A DNA stretch of 55,297 nt from Gammaproteobacteria bacterium (lineage in GTDB: Bacteria > Pseudomonadota > Gammaproteobacteria > Steroidobacterales > PWYM01). Both the position numbers and the translations under genes were made by a program. Numbering within the stretch: the stretch's first letter is position 1; each line of letters opens with the position of its first letter. Below, piece after piece: positions 33,006-41,415 of this stretch. The stretch spans positions 1 to 55,297 of the forward strand of contig JAFIFN010000006.1 in assembly GCA_020832005.1 (NCBI GenBank). The letters run 5' to 3'. A model generated the notes under the pieces. The model made no database searches and was not told where the DNA came from. It saw only the letters and a program-made list of their open reading frames with translations.

Positions 33006-34103
33006 ATGGGATTGATCAGCGCCCGCGGCGAGCCCCGCGAGGACTGTCGGGTCGGCGCCCTGCATGTGCTGCCGGCAAGACCGGAAACCTGTCACTGGGG
33101 CTATTTCAGTCCTGATCTTGCCCCGGCGCTGACCATCCGCTCCGGAGACATGGTGCAGGCCGAGGCTGTGACGCACCACGCCGGTGACGCCCCGGAGCTG
33201 ATGATGGACGAGGCCATCAAGGCCATCTGGCAGGCAATCCCGGAGGAGGATCGCAATCCCGGCGTGCACCTGATGACCGGCCCGATCTACATCGAGGACG
33301 CCCAGCCGGGCGACATGCTCGAGGTGCGTTATCTGCGCATGGTGCCGCGGGTCAACTATGGCTCGAACCTGGCAGCCAACTGGGGCCACCTCTACGAGGA
33401 GTTCGAGCGCCAGGAGCGCGTCACCATCTACGAGATCGATCCCAACACGCAATCTGCGGCTGCGTTGTACGCCTATGACTTCAAGGGCTTTTACGGCACA
33501 CCGGGGACGGTAACCCACTGCAAGAAATGCGATCGCGAACCGGCGCTCGAGGGGGTGCGCGTGCCGGTGCGTCCGCACCTGGGCACCGCCGGCGTTGCCC
33601 CGGATATCGCCGGGCGCACCAGTACCATTCCGCCGGGGTTGCACGGCGGCAATATCGACAACTGGCGGATCGCTGCAGGCTCGACGATGTACTACCCGGT
33701 ACAGTGCGAAGGCGGCTTGTTCTCGATCGGTGATCCGCACATCTCCCAGGGCGACGGCGAGATCAGTGGCACGGCCATCGAGAGTTCCCTGGACGTGCTG
33801 TTCCAGGTGGTGCTGCGCAAGGACTTCAGTTTCCCGTCGCCGCTGCTGGAGACACCCAACTACTGGATCGTCCACGGCTTTGATGAAGACCTCAACATTG
33901 CCATGAAGAAAACCGCCGTGGACATGCTCGGACTGCTGACAGGGCACCTGGGGCTGTCACGCAATGATGCGTATTCGCTGATGAGTGTCGCTGCGGATTT
34001 CGGCATCACGCAGGTGGTGGATGGACGCCAGGGCACGCACGTACGCATTCCACGCAGCATATTCGCCGGCAGGGGCACTATCCGCGAGCCGGAAACGCCA
34101 TAG
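33006..34103 (+). CDS. Acetamidase/formamidase family protein
   Basis: HWGYF, HLMTGPIYIE.AQPGD.LEV, PPG.HGGNID, GD.H..QGDGE.SGTAIE, AYSLMSVAADF.ITQVVD. Confidence 0.9.
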   Translation: MGLISARGEPREDCRVGALHVLPARPETCHWGYFSPDLAPALTIRSGDMVQAEAVTHHAGDAPELMMDEAIKAIWQAIPEEDRNPGVHLMTGPIYIEDAQPGDMLEVRYLRMVPRVNYGSNLAANWGHLYEEFERQERVTIYEIDPNTQSAAALYAYDFKGFYGTPGTVTHCKKCDREPALEGVRVPVRPHLGTAGVAPDIAGRTSTIPPGLHGGNIDNWRIAAGSTMYYPVQCEGGLFSIGDPHISQGDGEISGTAIESSLDVLFQVVLRKDFSFPSPLLETPNYWIVHGFDEDLNIAMKKTAVDMLGLLTGHLGLSRNDAYSLMSVAADFGITQVVDGRQGTHVRIPRSIFAGRGTIREPETP

Positions 34104-34118
34104 CGCCCTGGGACTGCG

Positions 34119-34940
34119 TCAGCGGCCGAACAGGTCGAAGAACATGCGTCCGGCAGTCAGGGCAAGGAATATCGCAAAGGCGATGCGAAGCGGCTGGGGC
34201 TTGAGTGCATGCGCCAGCTTTACGCCCAGCGGGACAGACAACAGCGTGGTCGGCACGATGATCGCGAAGGCCAGCAGATTGACATAGCCGAGTGAAAACG
34301 GTGGCAGGTTGTCCGCGCCCCAGCCCGAGACGATGAACCCCAGCGCGCCGGGCACGGCGATGATCAGTCCGAAGCCGGCTGCGGTCGCCACGGCCCGGTG
34401 AATCGGATAGCTGAACAGCGTGAGAATCGGCACGCTGAGCGTGCCGCCGCCGATGCCCATCATCACCGAGATGAAGCCCACGCCGGCAGGCATCACCGGC
34501 TGCATCAGGCCTTGAGGCAGCGCGCTGGCAATCGTCCAGCGGCTTTTCCCAAAGCCCATGTGCAGCGCCACCAGGGTGGCAACGCTTGCGAACACGAGCG
34601 CCAGGCCGCGGTTGTCCATGAAGCTGGCGGCGATCGTGCCCAGCACGACGCCGGCCAGGATCGGCCAGGCCCAGCTGCGCATCAGCGTCCAGTCCACCGC
34701 GCCGCGACGTGCATGCCCGGCCAGCGAGCGCAGCGACGTGGGGATGATGGTAGCCAGCGACGTGCCGACCGCCAGATGCATCTGCAGCGCCGGATCGATC
34801 TGCAGATAGGCAAACAGGTGGTAGAGCGCAGGCACGATGACGATGCCGCCACCCACCCCCAGCAGCCCCGCCAGGATACCCGCTGCCACGCCCACCACGA
34901 GCAGCAGCGCGACCATGGCCAGGATCAGGTCAGCTGACAT
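34119..34940 (-). CDS. TSUP (TauE/SafE) family transporter
   Basis: AGLLGVGGG.VIVP, AVGTSLA, MGIGGG..SVP, GYVNL. Start overlaps the aldolase stop. Confidence 0.88.
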   Translation of the reverse strand: MSADLILAMVALLLVVGVAAGILAGLLGVGGGIVIVPALYHLFAYLQIDPALQMHLAVGTSLATIIPTSLRSLAGHARRGAVDWTLMRSWAWPILAGVVLGTIAASFMDNRGLALVFASVATLVALHMGFGKSRWTIASALPQGLMQPVMPAGVGFISVMMGIGGGTLSVPILTLFSYPIHRAVATAAGFGLIIAVPGALGFIVSGWGADNLPPFSLGYVNLLAFAIIVPTTLLSVPLGVKLAHALKPQPLRIAFAIFLALTAGRMFFDLFGR

Positions 34941-35703
34941 GCGCCGCGAACTTGTCCCGCAGTGCGGCTGCTCCCTGTTGCAGAAAGGCCTGGTCGGACT
35001 CGAGCAGAAACAGCGATGCACCCGCGCGCCGCCACCGCGGCAGTTCGTTCAGATCGCTGATGAACATGCCGATTGCCGTGCTGTGATTCGCGGCGGCCGC
35101 GCAGATCCTGTCAACAGCCTCGATGACTTCAGCGGCGTTGGGATCGCTGTGCTGCAGCGAGACGGTGAGATCGATACGCCCGGCAAACAGGGCATCGATG
35201 TGTTCTACCGCGGCGATCTGCTCAGCGACCTCGAGGGCCTCGACATCCTCGATCTGGGCGATCAGTGTCGTCTGTGCCTGGCTGCGCTGCCGGTGTTCGG
35301 CCATCGGCACCCGCCCGAAGCCGGCGGCACGCGTGGCGCCGGAAAAGCCGCGTCCCCCGGGGCCGAAATGGCAGGCGCGGGCCAGGGACTGCGCCTGCGC
35401 CGCCGAGGTGACATGCGGGACAACGATGCCGGTCGCGCCGCTGTCGAGCGCCGACTGTATGTGCTGACTGCCATGGTCAGGAATTCGTACCAGGCTGGGC
35501 ATGTCGGCAGCCATGAGGACGCCCAGGCAGGCATCGATCGTGCTGCGGTCGAAGGCGGCATGTTCTGCATCCAGGCACAGCACGTCCAGGGGGCTGGTGG
35601 CGAGCACTTCGCACAGCTGTGCAGACGGGGTCTTGATCCAGGTGCCCAACAGTGGGCGTCCCTGCGTCAGTCGGCTGCGAAATGTAGCGATCCGTGACGT
35701 CAT
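34930..35703 (-). CDS. HpcH/HpaI class II pyruvate aldolase family protein
   Basis: LDAEH, LVRIP, ALD.GA.GIVVPHV, GGRG, QIE, DALF.G..DL. Confidence 0.88.
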   Translation of the reverse strand: MTSRIATFRSRLTQGRPLLGTWIKTPSAQLCEVLATSPLDVLCLDAEHAAFDRSTIDACLGVLMAADMPSLVRIPDHGSQHIQSALDSGATGIVVPHVTSAAQAQSLARACHFGPGGRGFSGATRAAGFGRVPMAEHRQRSQAQTTLIAQIEDVEALEVAEQIAAVEHIDALFAGRIDLTVSLQHSDPNAAEVIEAVDRICAAAANHSTAIGMFISDLNELPRWRRAGASLFLLESDQAFLQQGAAALRDKFAAHVS

Positions 35704-35731
35704 TGCGGTGACCTCTCAGGTGCCTGCGTGT

Positions 35732-37549
35732 CTACTTGCCGGACAGCGTGCTGACATAGGCGCGCCAGCCGCCATGATCGCTGATATCGCGGGCGTTTTT
35801 CAGCGCATAGCTCTCGCAGATGAAGCCCTTGACCCAGCGTCCGTCGCTGAGCTCGACGTTGCCGATCCCCAGCGGGGGCGGTACTTCTGCGACGAATGCG
35901 CCGAACATTGCCACCGGTATCGACCAGACTTCGACGACAATCTGGTGGCCGTCGTCGCAGCGCTGCAATCCGGGTTTCGGCGGTTGCGTATCGGGCAGCG
36001 CAAACAACCGATAACGCGCTGAGGTGGTGGTTTGCGTAACCAGCTGCGCCTGACGATCGGTGAGCTGGTGATTGAGCGGCATGCCGGAAAGGTGGGCGCC
36101 GACGACTGCAAGTTCGATGTGTTCACCAGCCTTACCGTGTGCAGGTGCAGGTGCAGGCGGAGTTGCAGGCCGCGTCGCACACACACCCGGTGCACCCGGG
36201 CTGATGTCGAGGTGGCGCTGCCAGCGTCCGGCGAATTCGCACAGCGCCTCATCATGCCATGCTGGCGCGATGAAAGTCAGTCCGAAGGGCAGGCCATCGC
36301 TGCGCAGGCCTGCCGGCATCGATACAGCACACCAGTCGAGCAGGTTGACGAAATTGGTATAGCGCCCAAGGCGCGTGTTCAGCGCCACCGGCGCGTCCAG
36401 CATGTCCGCTATGCGCACATGCACCGGTGCGGTCGGCACGACCAGTGCAGCGACGTCGGCCAGCAGTGCGCTGGCCTGTCGTGCCAGGGCAGCAAGGCGA
36501 TACTGTGCGCGGAAAGTATCCACGGCACTGTGCCCACGGGCACCCATGATGATGTCGCGTACGACAGGGTGCAGCGCCGAGGCGCTGGTTTCGATGAACG
36601 GCTTGATGGCCGCGTAGCGCTCGGCCACCCAGGGGCCTTCGTAGAGCATCGCCGCGATGTCATCGAGCACTGCGGTATCGACAGGAACACACTTGACCCC
36701 GGCAGCCTCCAGCCGCGCAAGCGCTGCCTTGTAGGCGTCTTCGGCGACCTCGTCACCGAAGAACTCCGTGCGCTGCGGCACGGCCATGCGCGGGGTCATC
36801 TGCAGCCGTGCAGGCGGCGCCTGCACAGGCCAGCGGCGTGACAGGAAATCGCCTTCGTCGGGCCCCTCGGCGATACGGCAAACGGCATTTGCGTCTTCGA
36901 TGTTGAGCGCAAGAATGCTCACGCAGTCCAGTGATCGACAGGCCGGCAGGACGCCGCTGCAGCCGAGTCGGCCACGTGTCGGTTTGAGGCCGACAATATT
37001 GTTCAAGCCGGCGGGAACCCGCCCGGAGCCGGCAGTATCGGTGCCCAACGCGAAGGGCACGAGGCCCCGCGCCACGACAGAGGCCGAACCGCTGCTCGAG
37101 CCGCCCGAGACGTAGTCGGGGTCGAAGCTGTTGGGGACCACGCCGTAGGGTGAGCGGGTACCGGACAGGCCGGTGGCAAACTGATCGAGATTGGTCTTGC
37201 CGATGACGATCGCACCGGCGGCCACAAGTCGATCGATGACATGGGCGTTCTGAGTCGCCGAATAGGCAAAGTCCGGACAGGCTGCCGTGGTGGCGAACCC
37301 GGCAACATCGATATTGTCCTTGACGGCAAACGGTACGCCATACAGGAGCAGTGCGCTGCGCTGCCCGCCCGCAGAGGCGAGCAGCCCTGCCAGTGCCCGG
37401 AGGTTTTCTGCCAGCATGCCCTGATCGCACAGGCTGATCCACGCGGGATCATCGCCGGGCAGCGCGTCGAGGAGCCGTGGCAACAGGTCTGCCGGGTCGG
37501 CGCCGCTGCGGTATGCGGCCTGCCAATCGGCAAGCGTCCATCCGATCAT
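35732..37549 (-). CDS. atzF: Allophanate hydrolase
   Basis: Amidase signature AVKDNID, GKTNLDQFATGL.GTRSPYG, GGSSSGS, GTDTAGSGRVPA. AtzF C-domain LAVVGAHLSGMPLNHQL, P.PLGIG.V.L.DG..VKGFICE. Confidence 0.93.
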   Translation of the reverse strand: MIGWTLADWQAAYRSGADPADLLPRLLDALPGDDPAWISLCDQGMLAENLRALAGLLASAGGQRSALLLYGVPFAVKDNIDVAGFATTAACPDFAYSATQNAHVIDRLVAAGAIVIGKTNLDQFATGLSGTRSPYGVVPNSFDPDYVSGGSSSGSASVVARGLVPFALGTDTAGSGRVPAGLNNIVGLKPTRGRLGCSGVLPACRSLDCVSILALNIEDANAVCRIAEGPDEGDFLSRRWPVQAPPARLQMTPRMAVPQRTEFFGDEVAEDAYKAALARLEAAGVKCVPVDTAVLDDIAAMLYEGPWVAERYAAIKPFIETSASALHPVVRDIIMGARGHSAVDTFRAQYRLAALARQASALLADVAALVVPTAPVHVRIADMLDAPVALNTRLGRYTNFVNLLDWCAVSMPAGLRSDGLPFGLTFIAPAWHDEALCEFAGRWQRHLDISPGAPGVCATRPATPPAPAPAHGKAGEHIELAVVGAHLSGMPLNHQLTDRQAQLVTQTTTSARYRLFALPDTQPPKPGLQRCDDGHQIVVEVWSIPVAMFGAFVAEVPPPLGIGNVELSDGRWVKGFICESYALKNARDISDHGGWRAYVSTLSGK

Positions 37550-37556
37550 GCGGTGA

Positions 37557-38045
37557 TTATTGCCGAGTGCCCCAGATTTCGCGCGCTTTTTCGTAGACGC
37601 CCTGGTCGAAGGAGAATTCTACGGTGTTGCCGTCGGGGTCCTTCAGAAAGCAGATGTAGCCCACCGGCTCAGGCATCTGCATCGGACCCAGCGCCAGACA
37701 GCCGTCTTCCCGGGCCAGCGCGGCGATGTCGTCAATCATGTGCTTTTCGGGCACCTCGATGCCGACATGCGCGAAGGGTCCCAGGGGGGGGTGCTCGGCG
37801 GGCTCGAAGGGATCCTTGCCAGGGAAAAACTGGGCGATGACCAGCACAAAGGGCGAGTCTGCCTCTTCTTTGTCGCCGAGCCACGCACCATAGCCCTGCG
37901 GGTCTTCCGTGCGCGCGAGCAGCGACAGATGGGTGAATTTCTCATACCAGGCAATCGTGGCGTCGATGTCCTTGACCATCAGCGCAAGATGCGTCCAGCG
38001 CTGACGGGTGGGCCTGAGCTGGTGCACAGGTTCACTTGCTGACAT
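37557..38045 (-). CDS. VOC (glyoxalase/bleomycin resistance/dioxygenase) family protein
   Basis: THLAL.VKD, HVGIE, DPDGNTVEFS. AGGAGG precedes ATG 38045. Confidence 0.85.
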   Translation of the reverse strand: MSASEPVHQLRPTRQRWTHLALMVKDIDATIAWYEKFTHLSLLARTEDPQGYGAWLGDKEEADSPFVLVIAQFFPGKDPFEPAEHPPLGPFAHVGIEVPEKHMIDDIAALAREDGCLALGPMQMPEPVGYICFLKDPDGNTVEFSFDQGVYEKAREIWGTRQ

Positions 38046-38242
38046 TCGCTGGATCCTCCTCGGATACCGGGATTTCAATAAACGACTATAGTCGCCTGCT
38101 GGCGCATGCGTCTTGATCAGGGGCGCACGCGCTCTTGCACATTGCCTCCCCGCGCCCGGCCTGCGCCTGGTGTTGAAAACGCGAGTCCGGGCGAGGCTAT
38201 ACTCGCCGTCTACTCCTCCAGGTTCCCGCAGATGGTGGTCAA

Positions 38243-39175
38243 ATGCGAATAGCAGTCATCGGCAGTATCAATACCGATCTCTCCATCCAGGTACCGCATT
38301 TTCCGCAGCGTAACGAGACTGTCGTGGGGCACGGTGATTACGTGATCTCGCAAGGGGGCAAGGGTGCCAACCAGGCCGCTGCCGCCGCCGCTGCAGGGGC
38401 CGCCGTGTACATGATCGGCTGTATCGGCCGGGATGATTTCGGCGGCCGCGCCATCGAGGACCTGCAATCCATGGGTGTCGACTGCGGCGCGGTGCGCAGG
38501 GATCCCGATCATGCCACCGGCCTTGCGGCCATCTACATCGATCCGGCGGGTGACAACTGCATCACCGTCGCACCTGGTGCGAACGCCGCACTGTCACCGG
38601 CAGACGTGCGCGCCGCCCGCGATCTCATCGCCGCATGCGAGATCGTCATGCTGCAGCTGGAAGTCCCGTACGAGACCATCGATGAGGCGGTACGTGTGGC
38701 CAGCGAAGTCGGGACGACCGTCATGCTCGACCCGGCGCCGGCGCCTGGGCGCAGACTGTCATGTCTTGCCCAGGTTGATGTGCTGACCCCCAACGAAGTC
38801 GAAGCAGCGGAAATGACCGGCATCAGTCCGGATTCACCGCAAGCCTGTACCGCGGTGGCAGAGCGCCTGCTGGCGGAGGGTCCTCGACACGTGATACTGA
38901 CGCTCGGCGCCCGTGGCTGCTTCGTGGCCTCACCAGGCCAGCAGGCGCTGGTGCCAGCCCGTGTCGTCCAGGCCATCGACACGACGGGTGCCGGGGATGT
39001 GTTCAGCGGTTATCTTGCCTGTGCGCTCGCCCGCAGCCTGGAGATGACCGAGGCGGTCAGCATTGCCGTGGCTGCATCCGCACTGTCGGTGACGCGGGCG
39101 GGCGCGCGCGCGAGTCTGCCGCACTGGGATGAAGTGCTGGCGTTCAGGTCCTCTGAGGACGGTCGTCGAGGATGA
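38243..39175 (+). CDS. rbsK: Ribokinase (PfkB family)
   Basis: GSINTD, GGKGANQA, GRDDFG, LQLE, DPAPA, TPNEVEA, DTTGAGDVF. Confidence 0.9.
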   Translation: MRIAVIGSINTDLSIQVPHFPQRNETVVGHGDYVISQGGKGANQAAAAAAAGAAVYMIGCIGRDDFGGRAIEDLQSMGVDCGAVRRDPDHATGLAAIYIDPAGDNCITVAPGANAALSPADVRAARDLIAACEIVMLQLEVPYETIDEAVRVASEVGTTVMLDPAPAPGRRLSCLAQVDVLTPNEVEAAEMTGISPDSPQACTAVAERLLAEGPRHVILTLGARGCFVASPGQQALVPARVVQAIDTTGAGDVFSGYLACALARSLEMTEAVSIAVAASALSVTRAGARASLPHWDEVLAFRSSEDGRRG

Positions 39176-39947
39176 AACTCATCATGCTCAGTGACTTGAA
39201 GACGATGTGCTTTGGATCGATCTCCACGCGATCACCTGGGTGGCGGGCGCCGAGCGCATAGAGCAGCGGCAGATAGTGATCCGGTGAGGGTATCGAAAGC
39301 GCTGCGTCACGGCCCAGGCTCGAGGGCTCGAACAGCCGCTCCGGCGCATCGTCGTTGATGGCGTTGATGACATATTCGTTGAAGCGCGTCGCCCAGTCAT
39401 AGGGCTCGGCCTGCTCACTCCACTGCATGACGCCCAGATTGTGCACGACGTTGCCCGTGCCCATGATGAGTACACCCTCATCTCGCAGCACGCGCAGCTT
39501 GCGGCCGATCTCGTGGTGCCATGCGCCGGGCTGCGTGGCATCGATGCTCAGCTGTACCACTGGAATGTCGGCTTCGGGCCAGGCCTTGAGCAGGACCGAC
39601 CAGGTGCCATGGTCAAGCCCCCAGGACTCATCCAGGGCCACCGGCACAGGTGCCAGGATATCGCGTATGCGTTGTGCCAGCGCCGGATCGCCCGGCGCCG
39701 GGTACTGCAGATCGAACAGTGGCGCCGGCAAGGAGCGGCCGAAATCATGGATCGTGCGTGGCATGGCCATCGCTGTGACCCCCGTGCCACGCGTATACCA
39801 GTGGGCCGATACACTGAGAATTGCACGCGGTGTGCCCACTGACCGGGCGATGCGATGCCATGCGCGGGTGCAGTCATTGTCCTCGAGCGCATTGGTCGGA
39901 CTGCCATGACCCAGGAAGATGACCGGCATGCGTGTGGATTGCGTCAT
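39144..39947 (-). CDS. DODA/YgiD-type (LigB family) extradiol ring-cleavage dioxygenase
   Basis: FLGHGSP, SAHW, TIHDF, GLDHGTW, GNVVHNL, PDHYLPL. Start MTQSTR at 39947. Confidence 0.9.
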   Translation of the reverse strand: MTQSTRMPVIFLGHGSPTNALEDNDCTRAWHRIARSVGTPRAILSVSAHWYTRGTGVTAMAMPRTIHDFGRSLPAPLFDLQYPAPGDPALAQRIRDILAPVPVALDESWGLDHGTWSVLLKAWPEADIPVVQLSIDATQPGAWHHEIGRKLRVLRDEGVLIMGTGNVVHNLGVMQWSEQAEPYDWATRFNEYVINAINDDAPERLFEPSSLGRDAALSIPSPDHYLPLLYALGARHPGDRVEIDPKHIVFKSLSMMSFILDDRPQRT

Positions 39948-39981
39948 GTATCGCGCCTTGTCTGAAATAATTGCCGTGCGA

Positions 39982-41178
39982 TCAGCCGGTCGTGCCACGA
40001 TGGCCACGAATCCTGTTCCAGCACTGCTGATAACGCGGCACCAGCCAGTTGTTGAAGTCGTGCTGGGCACCCTCCTGCCAGGAGTAGCGGCCGCGCGGTG
40101 CAAAGCGTGAGCGCAGGCCTGCCTGCACGAGCTCATCCACGTGCCAGTCCTGCGCCATGATTTCCTCGGCACCGGCCATGTTGATCGACATCTTGTGGCC
40201 GAAGGCAGGGTCGGCGGTTGCACCGGGCGCGAGCAGAAGTCCGGTGTCCATTTCCAGGCTCTCGGGGCCGTCGGCGCGCAGGATCAGGTAGATCACCATG
40301 TCGGCGGTCAGCACCAGCGAGAGCGTTGGCGGAATATTGGCGAAGATCATTTGCTTGCGATCTTCTTCAGTCAGGCCGGAGAACACGGGCAGCAGTGCCT
40401 TCTGCGTGGCGTTGAAGCTCGCATCCATGTGCAGGGTGCCGTTCCAGCGAAAGTATCCGGCGGTATCTTCGGGCAGATCCGGGAATCGCGCCAGTGAGCT
40501 GGGCACGAAGTCGTGCAGGGGCCCATGGTGGAGCTTGTTCGCATGGTAGCCGTCGTTGTTGTTTTCGAACATGACTTTCCAGTTCCAGGCGTACTTGCCT
40601 GGCGACTCAGGAGGTTGATCTTCGGCCTCCTCGAGGGCGTAACGTTCGAGCACCGAATCCAGTGCGGTCAACCTCGGCGCCAGCGGCGCGGCGTCGGCAT
40701 CGAAATTGATGAAGATGAATCCCTGCCAGATGGTATGGCGAATCTGCGGCAGCCCGTGGCGCGACTTGTCGAAGTCGCAGGTCTTGCCCATGGCCGGTGC
40801 ATTGACCAGCCGGCCGTCGAGACCGTACGTCCAGTGGTGATACGGGCAGACGAATCCGCGGGCGTTGCCGCGGCCCTCGGCGACCAGCATGCCGCGGTGC
40901 TGACACACCGAGGACATTGCCTTGACTTCGCCGCCGAGTGTGCGGGTGACCACGATCGGCTCATCGATGATCGAGGAGGTGAAATAGTCGCCGGGGTTGG
41001 GTATCCAGGACTCGCGGCCGATGCAAAGCCACTCGTGATTGAATACCGCTTCCTTTTCGAACTCATAGAACTCGGCATCCGTGTAGCAGACCGGTGGCAG
41101 GGTCTCGGCACGGTCGATGCTTGTGACGGAACTCTTCAGGCTGGCAAAGAACTCGTCGTTCAGGATGTTCGGCTTCAT
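39982..41178 (-). CDS. Rieske non-heme iron oxygenase alpha subunit (choline monooxygenase/CntA-like group)
   Basis: CQHRG...CPYHHW Rieske motif; NWK...EN..DGYH...LH and a downstream D for the mononuclear Fe. Confidence 0.92.
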   Translation of the reverse strand: MKPNILNDEFFASLKSSVTSIDRAETLPPVCYTDAEFYEFEKEAVFNHEWLCIGRESWIPNPGDYFTSSIIDEPIVVTRTLGGEVKAMSSVCQHRGMLVAEGRGNARGFVCPYHHWTYGLDGRLVNAPAMGKTCDFDKSRHGLPQIRHTIWQGFIFINFDADAAPLAPRLTALDSVLERYALEEAEDQPPESPGKYAWNWKVMFENNNDGYHANKLHHGPLHDFVPSSLARFPDLPEDTAGYFRWNGTLHMDASFNATQKALLPVFSGLTEEDRKQMIFANIPPTLSLVLTADMVIYLILRADGPESLEMDTGLLLAPGATADPAFGHKMSINMAGAEEIMAQDWHVDELVQAGLRSRFAPRGRYSWQEGAQHDFNNWLVPRYQQCWNRIRGHRGTTG

Positions 41179-41415
41179 GTTCAGTCTCCGGGCGTTTATG
41201 CTGATATTTTAGTCACGGCGGGCAAGCGAAGTCTTGCCCGGCCACGCCTGGGACTTGCCGCAGCTGGCATGGCAGGCCAGTCCCGCCGGCAGCCTCGCAT
41301 ATGCACCTGCGACCAAGTGCAGGTCGCGGTCAGACTAGACGGCGCCAGTTCCAGTGATTAGCGTGAAACTCCAGACCCGTGCTTGCTGCGGGCGTAAGCC
41401 AACAGGTGATGCGAA

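Noticed and set aside
36139-36157. (GTGCAG)x3 tandem repeat
   Set aside because: It encodes the Pro-Ala interdomain linker of AtzF.
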